Below the pieces are notes generated by a model that saw nothing but the letters and a program-made list of their open reading frames with translations, was not told the origin of the DNA and made no database searches. Positions 13,160 to 25,000 of a DNA stretch of 64,000 nt are shown here, piece after piece. Made by a program: the position numbers and the translations under genes. The stretch is from Lingula anatina (Eukaryota; Animalia; Brachiopoda), in NCBI GenBank assembly GCA_051362555.1, contig CM120648.1, forward strand, positions 13,636,587 through 13,700,586, given 5' to 3'. Every line of letters starts with the position of its first letter. The stretch's first letter is position 1.

Positions 13160-14689
13160 TGTATTGATACCATTGAAGATGTATTTAAAATGACGCACAT
13201 CGAAATATTACCGTGGCGATCATCGCGCATCAAATGGAGGAAATGTTAGGAAATCTACTCCTCATTGAGCTAAACTAGAGAAAGCACCTGGCACATAGTG
13301 GTTTACATAATTTATCAAATTGATTTTTACATACAGTGAAGAAATAATGAATTATTGACTGAATGTTCAATTAAATACCGCTCTTTTTCGTTCATTTTAA
13401 CAGGTCTGCTTGTGTCATCCAGCGCTGTGCGGAGATTTAGGAAGAAGGTTGGCTGGGTGAAAAGTGCGAAGGGCTACTGCCAGCTTGTGAGGATTGTGAA
13501 CCGTCTGAAAAGAGTGAACTGGTGCCGTTAGGCCCTGGCAGTAGAAGACAACATTGAGGACTTTGTGTTTTCTGGTAAGCAACAACCCACAGATCTGCAT
13601 TCAAAAACCAACATGTATTGTTGTTTAAGATCTATTACAGCGTATTCCGCTCACTTTGTAAATCCATATATATAAGCACCATTGTTGAAAAGGTATACAA
13701 ACATTATTTCTTTTCTTGAATTTGCTTTTTTAGTTTCACAATGAGTCTTACGTATATATCTTATTTGCGCATTCACTTTAGATGAGTGCACCGTGGAGAT
13801 GGACTCGAATGGTCGATATATTTTTCGGAAAGTCATCAGAGATGAAGACGGGAACGACATAAGTCCGCCCCGCCTGCTGCGCAGCAAAGAGAAGCGCCCA
13901 TACAAGCTCCATATATGGGCAGGTGAGACGCTACAGTGAAATGTTTAATACTGTTGTGAAAAATGTTAACTTCACTTGTTGAAATGTGATGAATCAAAAT
14001 TTAACAAGTGTAATTTAACAGTCCAGGTATGAAATCTAATTAGCCAAGACTGTGACTAGGCTTTTAAAATAATGGTGCATGTTCATGTAAACTAATGGAC
14101 TGATATTATCTATTTCAGGCATTTCGCAAAGAGGGGCAACTCCAATCGTTACATTCACTGGCACGATGAACAGCGAAGCGTACGAGGACATTCTTCGGGA
14201 CTCTCTTATTCCATTTCTGCAAGAAAGGTAAGCAGAAATCAGCAATTAAAAAAATAAAGAGTCTGTATCGATTTAGAGTATGCATTGCCAATGTTTATAC
14301 ATCAGCTGACAGTCCTGAAAATAGTAACAAACGTATCTCTTCTGATTAAACCACAGGCTTCCTTTGGGGCACAGGTTCCAGCAAGACAATGCGCCCATGC
14401 ATACAGCTGTACCAGCAGGTCGACTGCCATGTTCTTCGAACAGCACAATATCAACTGGTTCAAGAAGCCCCACGAGAGCCCTGATTTGAACCCTATCGAG
14501 ATGCTGTGGGCTGAACTGAAGTATTTCCTCAGGAACCGGGCGAAACTAAGAACGAAAGATCAACTGGTGGCTGCCATTGAAGAATTCTGGACCACCGTGG
14601 ATCAGGCTAAGTGTGTTATGTACATTAACCACATTCAGAAGGTAATGCCCGAAGTTATTCGTGTTGAAGGCAGAGCCCCAGGTTATTAA
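13160..14689 (+). pseudogene. Tc1-like DD34E transposase with spliceosomal introns (decayed, 5'-truncated)
   Basis: Exons 13404-13574, 13782-13922, 14119-14227 and 14357-14689 have GT-AG borders and compatible phases. They give ...VSSSAVRRFRKKVGW...FVFS-D-ECTV...LHIWAGIS...MNSEAYEDIL...FQQ-D-NAPMH...ESPDLNPI-E-MLWAELK. There is a stop at 13529-13531 and an 8-bp frameshift insert at ~14404. A probable upstream exon lies at ~13160-13249. Confidence 0.92.
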
Positions 14690-16133
14690 GTTACTGCCGT
14701 GTCTGTCCAGGTATTTTTAGGCTTTGACTTTGTAAATATGTACAATATTGTAAATGTGTTATTTTTATGTAAATAGCTGTAATTTTATATAGATTAATTT
14801 CACATTTATTATCTTTGTATATACTTTACTTTGTATTTATTTTTATACACCAACATTGTATATATGTATTATATTATGTTTAATTTACATGTGAATGTTT
14901 GAAATCAGTATTTTATTTTACAACGTACTGTATATATTTAGTGTAGTTTACAGCTTTACAATAAGGGGGACGAATGAATAGGTCTACACTCCTGCCCCGC
15001 CATCATCAGATTCTGTAATGGAAAACGCTGCTATATTTTTTGCAGCTTCATCATCAGTTTCATAAACAGCATCTGGTGATGGGACATCATTAGTGCAGAT
15101 CTGTTCAAACTCTTTCTTACTGGTAGGGCATGTATAGAGACTGTATATATTTATCACATGTATATAATTTTTTAATTCAAATTTTTAATTTATAGAGCAG
15201 CGCATAATTCCACTTCTTTTTCGTTGCAGTGCCTTGGCTATTAGACGGACGTGTCTCTGGCTTGGCCTGACGTGAGTGTTGTTTTTATTTTATCTATGCA
15301 GATATGGGTAATCTCATAAAATTCCACACCACTGGTGCATTCGGGGTATTGTGAAATTACCGTCACCCATTAACACTTAATCACCCTCTGCAGTGTGTCA
15401 GAAGGCATGTAATACAACTGTAAGGTGAACGGCTATTTCAATGTACTGTTTATAACATTAAATTCTTAATCGGCACCCATTCTGAGAAAAAAGAAAACAT
15501 CACTTTAACTTTACCACAAAAATATAGGTTAAACAACAAACATTTTTGTATGAAGCATATATATGTCTAGAGACAGGTGTGGCAGGTATAAAACTAATTA
15601 AGTTTAATACCACCTATTTAACTAATTTCTTTATTACCATCTTTACTACCTTCCACAGATTTCCAGTCCATGAGACAAATATGTGATTCATCCAAAAAAA
15701 TTTCCAACCTATTTAATGTTTTCACACATTTTGTTCAACCTAACAATATAACATATGCACAGAGCTATTCATTATCAATAAAAATGTGGTATTTATGATG
15801 GGGTGAATGGACACTTGTCACTTGCAAGAATGTCAATGGCATAGTGATACAAATTACTTTTAAATAAATAATCTTTCAACTGAATTACAAGTTAAAGTGA
15901 TGTTTTCTTTTTTTCTCAGAATGGGTGCCCCCCAAAAAACTGCTGACTGACCAGAAATCGGAAATTTTTAATGAGGTAAATGTATTCTAATATGATTTTT
16001 AAAAGTATTATGAAGTATTTGGCATAAATTAGAAACTGGAAAGGATACAGTCACCACCCCTTTATGTGATGCCAAATATGATAAAGGTTTTAGGGTGAAT
16101 ATTGGCTTCAATCTTGTTGACATGCCTGTGAAT

Positions 16134-16195
16134 CCCTTACGAAAAAGTCTTATAGGATCCTATAAGATCCTATATACAGGACTTTTTCGTAAGGG
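16134..16195. mobile_element. 62-bp mini-MITE (EnSpm/CMC-like CCC ends)
   Basis: Perfect TIR cccttacgaaaaagtc / gactttttcgtaaggg with AT on both flanks and internal (gatcctata) repeats. Confidence 0.7.
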
Positions 16196-16701
16196 ATGTG
16201 TAACTGATTACCAGTACGTGATATCTATTTCTGTACTTAACTGTTTAGAGCATGTGTAATATTGGAAGCCTACTCTGCTCAATTATAACCATTTTTTTAT
16301 TATCAGTGTAAACTGTTTAATGCAGTAGAAAATGACTAAGTAGGTTTATGTTTTTAAATATGATTTTCATATATGGGCAATTCTTTGGAATTTTTTATGT
16401 CCCTAACCATGGTATGGACCAAACAACTTTCAAGGAGGGCAGTGATAATCCATGAAAAGTCTTACTCTTTGCATCAATAAAAGCAGATATTTGGAAAGAT
16501 GTGCATAATGTCTCCCAATGCAAAAACTGAATTGCCTAAATACATTTTTACATCCAATATTTTTTTCTGTAGCTGGTAAATGACCTTCTGAAAGAGTGGG
16601 GAATCCAACACAAGATTACAGCTGCTTACCACCCACAGACAAATGGGTTAGATGAGTGGTTTAACCAAACACTCAAGGCGTCACTGTCAAAGGTCATTAA
16701 T

Positions 16702-16869
16702 CAGGCCCGTAGCCAGCAATTTCAAAGGGGGGATTCTTTTTCTGAAAAAGTGGACCTTTTACTATATAATCCCCATGTACCTAGGTCAAATTTTACCCAG
16801 AGTGGACCATTTCCAGCAAAAAGGGGGGTTCTTTCGAACCCCCCCGAACCCCCCCTGGCTACGGGCCTG
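16702..16869 (+). mobile_element. MITE of the CAGGCCCGTAGCC family inserted in the integrase exon
   Basis: TIRs caggcccgtagcc / ggctacgggcctg and 5-bp TSD ttaat. Removing the element plus one TSD restores the integrase frame. Confidence 0.92.
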
Positions 16870-16980
16870 TTAATGAGAGGCAGAATGACTGGGAAAGGTA
16901 TCCAGAGCCAGAGACCTTTGCATATTGTACAGCACAACACTGCACCAATGGATACTCTCCTTTTTTACTGATGTTCAACA

Positions 16981-17104
16981 GGGAGACTTGGCTGCCGTGT
17001 GAGGTAAATACATGTAGTATGCATGCAGATGCATTATGCAAGGAGACTTGGCTGCCGTGTGAGGTAAATACATGAAGTATGCATACAGATGCATTATGCA
17101 AGGA
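16981..17104. repeat. 60-bp tandem duplication spanning an exon 3' end and splice donor
   Basis: ggagacttggctgccgtgtgag|gtaaatacatg... occurs twice. Confidence 0.93.
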
Positions 17105-18745
17105 CATTGTCCTTGTGAGCTTCTTGGTGTCTGACATTGATTAAAAAAGATTATTTGAGCATACTAAGGCCAGAGCTATGCTCAAATCATGGCATGATTA
17201 CAAGGAATAAGCTAGCGGGCCCAAAAGTAATTACTTTGGGAATATTGGGGATTAAAATACTCCAAATATTTGATACTCACAAAAATGAAATAGCATTTCG
17301 AAGCATATTACATGTATCTGGCCAGACCTTGTGGACTGTTGGCTATATTTTGGCATAAAAAAACACGGCCCAAGCCCCCTTAAATATAAAATGCATCTCT
17401 GCTTTTATGATCATAGGGATGGTGACTCTTAACCTTGTCTACCATTACACTGCTGGCATATTATGTACAAATGAAGTTCTTATATTTCACAAAAACAATA
17501 ATCAGTGTATTGGTGCCATAAGATATGGATTTATTAATAAACATAATTGATTTTGTTCATTTTTGATCATTAATTTCTGATTTTGAAGTTGAAAGACACA
17601 GAGGAAATGTGACATTACCCAGCAAGGTGGACTGCAATCAGCAGGTGGAATTCCAACAGCAGCAACTCACAGAGTTACTGAGGAGAGGGTATGCATGTTG
17701 GATTTGCATGTTCAATTTCCAGTCAATATGCTATTTCTTAAGTTTTTTGCCCATTAAAGGTTACAAGGTAGCCATTAACATTGAGCAATATTTTGTTTCA
17801 CACAAGTCTGTTTTATAAAACAAGACACCACATGTAATCCTTTCATAAACATTTACAACATAATTGAGTATACTGTATTGGTTGAAAAGTGTCATCAGAA
17901 TAGTGATGGCAGCAGCTGTCGTATTGTAATTTCTGATGGTTTTCATTTATCCTGCTGGCTTTGTGCACAGTATAACTTTATACAGCAAAATCTTGAACTT
18001 TGCTTCTCCCATTAATAGCAAAACACCCTTTTGAATATAGTTTCTATAAACTATGTATTTTTAGTACATGGAGAAAGTTGAAAAGTACAAGAGATAGTCT
18101 GAGGCAAAGAAAGGAAAGAATGTTGTAGTATTTCAATTAGAAATGGGAATGAAAGTTCTGAAGAGAAACTAGTGGCAAGCTAGAGACAGATTGGATTGGA
18201 TCATACAGGTAAATCATAATCATCATCCACTTGTTCACTTATACTATGCATATATGTATGTCACATTTCACACAATTTTGATTAAAATTAAATTCAAAGG
18301 AAGAACAGCTGTTCATTTTATCCAAATACAGATATTCCTGGGGTAAACAATGATTTTTTTATTAATCAATTGTTAATGACTCCATTCTGACATTCATAGT
18401 TAGTCCATGTGTTTTTTTGAAACAATCATATGAAAGTTCATCTCTCCTTATGGGAAAACAGATTCCAGAATAATTGCGATAACTGCTGTTTTCATGGTAA
18501 AATAGAATTAAGTACTATATTAGGTGCAGAATAAAATATGCATTATCATAGTTCTATAGTACATCTGTGGCTGGTTTGCATACATTTCTCATAATACATG
18601 TAATACTTCTAGGGTAAAAAGAATAGACCAGAAGCAGAATGTAACTTGGAGACTCTGGAAGGGAAAAAGCTTAAAACCAAAGTGAGGGAAGGTTAGTTAT
18701 TCCATCTATGCATGATTCTAGCATCAAAGGAAAAAACTAGGCTAA

Positions 18746-18959
18746 GAGTGTATTCCCAGAGATTTTAGATCGATCTATCCCCATGGGGAGTCTCACTAGA
18801 TTACTGTCAGATAATCCGGCTTAAATGTCCGTCCTGCCTACTACAGACTGTAAAGGGGTAATTAACTTTCGTGCTCGCTCGGCTGACAGCTAATTAGTGT
18901 GAACCCCCAGGGAGTTAGTCGATCTAGTTTGGATCGATCTAATCTCTGGGAATGGGGTC
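18746..18959 (+). mobile_element. PIF/Harbinger-like MITE
   Basis: TIRs gagtgtattcccagagatt / aatctctgggaatggggtc with 3-bp TSD TAA. Confidence 0.85.
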
Positions 18960-21809
18960 TAAGTTTACTGATGTAATTAAAGTAAAGCTTCATTCCTGCT
19001 TGCAAGAATTTATGAATAGAATGCCTTTCACTAAATCATATGGTAACTAATTGTTTTAACATTAAAATTGCTTCTTAGTATACTGAAAATATTAGCCAAA
19101 CAGCTTTATGTTAGGATATTGCATGTAGGTTTTACTGTACATTGCTTGGTAATGGTAATACAACAAATGAGTAGTTAGAGAATTCACACCCTGCCCCCTA
19201 ACAATTTTTGTAGTGTACCAACATAACCAATTGTTTTGTCCTTTTCAGAGGTTTGGAAAACACCATGATCAAGCCAAAGTGATTTTTTTTTTCGTTTAGA
19301 TTTTTGAGGTTTTAAATGGTCAAGACCACACTCTTATGTGATTTAGAGATTTCATTTTTGTCTGATTGTAGCTTTAAATTTATATCAGAAAATTCAGAAA
19401 TTACTTTTGCGTTGTAAGCAATGTTAAAATTGTGTTATAGGTCCAACAGAGTTGGCTACAACTCCTATTATCACAGGAATCCTGTAGATGTATTGATATG
19501 TGAATTATAATAATTGTATGTCTAGTGTGAAAAATATTTTAGTTTTTAAAACTTACATTATTTTACTTAGAACTAATAAACACAGTAGTTAATTTTCACT
19601 TGGAAGATAAGTTCATTGTGAGGTTTTAAAGCCAAACTGTCTGGGATTTGACATGCATAGATTCTCTGTGCAAGATGTCATCTGAACAGTAATATGTGCA
19701 TTCAACCATTTGCAATGTGGTTCTAGTATCTACTTTATATTTGTTCGACAAAAGGTCTGTCATATACTTTAGTTGGTACAATTGCTGCAAATATATCCGA
19801 TTCATCAAATGCTAATCTGTATATTATTGACCTAGATGGAAGTGTAAATGTCAAAAGGAATTTAAATTATTTATAGAATGGATTTAAATACTCTCTTTGA
19901 CGAAGAATATTATGGACAATATGTTTGAGGTGTTGGATATTTACTATATGACCACTGCTGTTTTATTTGGAAATCTTTTGAGACTGATCACTCTGTACCA
20001 AGGACAGCATGCATAAACACAGCTTGAATACAACAAACCACCTGTACCAAACCAAAGGACTGAAACATTTCCCTTGATTTTGCTTCACACGAGCAGGTGC
20101 ATCAATAGGTTTTCAAATATGTTTGATAATAATTGGATGTCATCTGTTTGTTAGATTGCTTGCGTTCAGTTTAATGTAAATTGGATATAGTTCATTCCTG
20201 AACAACTACATGCAATTCCAACATGTAGACATAGTTTGTTTTTGTACTATGCAAAAGAAAATTTGTTTCACAATAAATTTTTGTAAATTAACCCTTTCTT
20301 TAATCTTGGAAATTTTTGTAGAGTGCCTGGTGTGCAGTAAAATTTTTTCTTGCTGCACACCTACTGCACACAAGAACAGATAGTGTGCAGAAAGCATGCA
20401 AGAGACTTGGTATTTCAAAAGAAGCATGCAGAAAATACAGTAAACATAAAATTTGATCAAGAGTGTGCCACAAGTGTGAAGAAAACTTATTTTTTGCTTT
20501 GAGTATGCATCAAGTGTGTAAAACACTTGATTTTTCAATAGAAGTGTGCAGAAAGTGTGCAATAAACTTTGGAGTCTGCCAAAAGTGTGCATACGAACCG
20601 AGCATTGGTGGAGCGTGGATTTCCATTAACACTTCTACTAAACCACTTCTACTAATTTCTTATACGACTTAAGTAAATTCCACATGCAAAGGGATAAACT
20701 GAATGCAGCAATTGATCAGCCCCAAAAGAACTTAAGACTGCTCCTTTCTTTAAATTTTTGGCCAAAAATTTGACCTACATTTGTGACCTACTTTTCTGCC
20801 CCATTGACATACAGCTTAGAATGCTAGCAGAAAAATCCGTTCAAACATCATTTTCAGGTAAAAACTTCAGGTACCAACTTTTGGTAATTCTCTGAGTTAT
20901 ACTACTTGAAACTACATGCTGGCATTTGGTTGGCTTTTGTGGCAAAAATTGACTTTATATGCATTTTTAATTTTTTTTATCAGGAGTGTACTGGTACAGG
21001 AAACTAAAAACATTTCAGTTGTGTACACTGAGTGCACAGCAAACTTTAAATTTCATTGGAAGTATGCTATTTTAGTGTGTAAAAACTTATAATTTAAAAA
21101 GTTCTTTAAAATATGTACCCAAACAAGATGTACATGTATTGCCATTGTTAATTACATAAAATACCGTGTACTTTGATCAATACACATTTTACTTTTAAAA
21201 CCATCGAAGTTTTAATAGAATTTTATTGTCATGTATGAAAGTGGCAAGTACACTAAGATAAATTATACACTATTGTGAACTATATTTATGTCGCAAGCCA
21301 GATGGAAATCAGGCAGATTTGAAATCAGCCCAGGCCAAATTAAAATATTTCTCTAACAAACTATGGTGTTTCCCTCACTCAGAGTATGAGAATAAGTTGA
21401 GGGCAATATTTATAACTCATTAACTAAATCATAACTTATGCAATACCATACCCATCACTAAAATTTATAATTACTTTCAGGATGTATCAAAAACAGTCGT
21501 GAAATCTAGGATTATGGTAAATAAAACGTGGCTCCTACTGATATATTCTTGACTTTGCTAATTAATTATCACCAAAAGGTAAGAACACAGTTTATAATGT
21601 ATTTGTACTATTTTAATGATGATATTTACTTCATCTCTTCAATTATATTGAAAGGTCAACCTTAATCTAGTCAGATTTTTATCTTGCTTAGTAAGATTTT
21701 AGTTAGCCTAGGCTGATTTAAAATATGCCTCAGCATAATTGAAATTTCAATCCTGCCTAATGTAATGTAAAAGTAAGTGAACTTTAAGGGTATAGTACTG
21801 TCCTCATAA

Positions 21810-22077
21810 AGGGTGGGAAACAAAGACAAATTAATATTTTTAAAGATACTAAACTGTTCAGTTCTTGGAAAATGCAGTGTGTGTACATTTTATAAAAAAA
21901 AGGGTGGAAAACAAAGACAAATTAATATTTTTTAAGGTACTAAACTGTTCAGTTCTTGGAAAATGCAGTATGTGTACATTTTATAAAAAAGGTTTGGGAA
22001 ACAGATAAATTAATATTTTTAAAGGTACTAAACTGTTCAGTTCTCAGAAAATGCGGTATGTGTACATTTTATAAAAA
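21810..22077. repeat. ~90-bp tandem repeat x3
   Basis: 'aaattaatattttt...tactaaactgttcagttc...tgtgtacattttataaaaa' occurs three times. Confidence 0.93.
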
Positions 22078-25000
22078 GCAAAACTATGTAAAACTATGCT
22101 TCAGCATTCATTACCCCCTTGTACATCACTGAACCATTGTTAAGGGTGTCAAACAGAATGATATTTTAAGCCTTCTTGCATTAACCTTACTCTTGACGGT
22201 GTACTGAAAGTAAAGGACAACTCAATAAGTGTCCCTCCTTCAGTTAATAATCCTTTCTTTCATCGGTACCAAAAAAGGGACTTATTCTCATAGTGATTTT
22301 TAGTAAGGCCTATGTCTCTAGTGTCCAAATATGTGTGATAGCCTTCTCATACTGGTAGCTTTTTGTGTGCTATCATGCCTTATATAACCCCACCCCTGCA
22401 ACAGCAAGGACTTTTTCAGATAGGGGTAGGGGAGAGAAAAAGCTTACTATATCTATATGGTAACAGGTATATCAATAAATTGTATATCCTTATGGAAGCA
22501 AGGGATGGGACAATTTCTTTCAAAAGCCATGAGTGCAACAGACATTGAATGACAGTAATTTTCTTAAATATGCGCATCTATATACATGTAGACGAATTTA
22601 GTATTAGAAATTGCTTTCAATTCAAAGCAAATATAACCTGAAATTATGAATCTCTAATTTGAAAAGGGAGTTAGAGATTTATGGTTAAAACAGAAATCAC
22701 ATAAAAGCACTTTCCAGGATCGCGTTAGCAGCGGCTTTTAACAAAACTGGCATGGTAAACTTCGAGTAGGCGTTTGAGCTACGAACCTTTAATTAATTAA
22801 TAAAATGTATTTAAAAAGAAAAATATCTGGATGATGTAATGGCTGATGGAAACAGAAAAATCCTAAGTCGTTTTCGCGTTAACTTTTCATTGATACAGGT
22901 TGATACACAAACATTTAGGCCTATCCTCACTGGTGTCACAATGAAATTGAGAGAAATAAGCACGTCTTTGCTGCGCCGTTTATATCCTAGGGCCGAGACA
23001 CCAGTCAATTAATGCACAGCTTCATGTGCGAATTTTTTGCCCCCCTCGTTATTTTTATTTATTATTTTTTCTGCCTCCTAGGCACTGTTGATTTCGCTTT
23101 TATAATCGTTTGGTCAAGATGAGAGTGGTCAAGTTGGTCAAGTTTTTATGATGTCTATAGTTTTAGGCATTGCAGTTATACTAGTTTTAAAACGATGTAA
23201 AGGGACTCAGTAAACTGATAGTTAAGTGATTTCTTTTTTATTTTTTCTTATGAAGCACATTTGGGTCCTTATGTACCGCTGCATAATAAAAATTTTAGAT
23301 ATACATGTACAAACCTTAGTCGCCACAGCTCTATACAATATAGGACATCATGTTTTAATTGGGGTGTGTTGATTTTAATAACCTGATTCATTTGAAATGA
23401 AAGTCTATGGACGAAACAAAATGGCTTGTTTGTACAATAACCTGATGGTAACATTTTAGATTGGGGGAAAAACGCATTGTGTCTTCTCTAACACAATCCC
23501 GAGACCGTGATATTATTACGTAAACCAGGTGAGCATTTTGGTGAGAGGTATTCGGATAGGACCAAGGTCAGGAGGAAGAGGAAGAAGTTTCATATGCCAC
23601 ATTGCCACAGTTTCCACACGTAGACTGAAATTTTGGCACTGAGAACTGCTGTAGTTTGTTGTAAGTACTGTATAGATTATATAAGACAACACTGATCGGT
23701 TTGTGTTGACGATATTTTATTTAATAAGTATGCATTTCCCACTTCAGACGTAATGGCACATGGGTACATGTATATTTTATTGACATGAATGCCAAATGTG
23801 CTTGAAAAGTCAAATAACTTTTTATTTTGCTTTTTCCAGAAGTAAAGTATTTGCTTATAAAGAAGTGAGAAGATTATTCCAGTCGTCAAAAGTTCTGAAC
23901 GCATTATCCCGTCTTAAAAAAACCAAGACGACCAAGCAGGTAACTACCGGTACATTCTCAGCTTCCAATGGGTGCATTTTCTTCTATCGTCAGCGGCTTG
24001 TACACATTTATCGTGTTTATTAAAGTTAACTGCCAACAAACCAGTGTTTTTTCTAGAGAACTAGCCGCGACCAGAAAGGCAAACGTATATTTGCTAGGCG
24101 CTGTCGACCTCCCTTGACTTCAATTTTCATGATTCCATTTACATTCTGTCCTTGATATTACAATCTGAAAAAGAAATACTGGCATAAAGTATTTGATTTT
24201 AAAAAGAAAGTTGAGCCATCGTTCGGATTACGAATTTATTCAAGATGGTGAATTGGAATAAATCTATTAATATGTTCATTCATGTTCCGTAAATATAAGC
24301 GAAGTGGTAATAATAAGCACAATAAAGTGCTAAACTCCTATCTCACTACACAAAAATACAAAATGGCAAAAACCAGACAAAACCAAACAATTTCTTCATC
24401 CTTGTGCTCTATAAACCACATGTTAATTGTCATTGACCAGGGTTTATATCATCTTACAGAACTGAGACAATTTAATGTTTCTAACCCCGGTCCCCGCATT
24501 TACAAAATTTTCATTTCATTCACTTTTAGGTGTTTGAAAAATTTTCAAAACTTTATGCTTTCTGTTAAATGTTTACATTTATCGACGTTAATTCTGCAAA
24601 TATGGAGAAGTCCAAGCCCTGCAACCTTTGTAACAGTTCGTGTACAGAACAGCGTGATATATAAGTACAGCCGGTTGTCTGTTTTATACATGATCTGCGT
24701 GGACAGATATGCAGTCGCCATCACAATACTCCTCGTAGAGGGATATGACTTTGCAAAGATAGTTAAATAATATAAAGATTAGTATGTTGACGTGTAACAA
24801 TGTCTACAGGACATGCAATAGTAATGATGTCGTTGTAAATTGTCATTGTATAGAACGTGTAGGTTCAATTGCCGAGCATATATCTATGATATGTTTTTTA
24901 TATCTCTTACTACATACCGAAATGGATCACTGTAAAGAATTTAATACACTTTATCAAAGATATTTTTTCTTGCATGTGGATTTCGTTAAATTTATTTCAT

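Larger units (their letters stand above)
15920..18690 (+). pseudogene. Intron-containing Gypsy-type integrase (Ginger1-like DNA transposon), decayed
   Basis: Exon 15920-15975 gives MGAPKKLLTDQKSEIFNE (one frameshift). Exon 16573-17003 gives LVNDLLKEWGIQHKITAAYHPQTNGLDE...DW...FAY...SPFLLMFNR..LP once the MITE is removed. Spacing is D-35-E. A GPY/F-like exon (GKLETDWIGSY) ends at 18208, and another exon starts at 18613. Confidence 0.85.

Noticed and set aside
20330-20610. Degenerate 'gtgtgcagaaag' repeats as a transposon end
   Set aside because: The repeats are visible, but I found no partner terminus or TSD, so no element is called.
24282-24770. 162-aa ORF as a gene
   Set aside because: It has no recognisable motif and its composition is typical of chance AT-rich ORFs.
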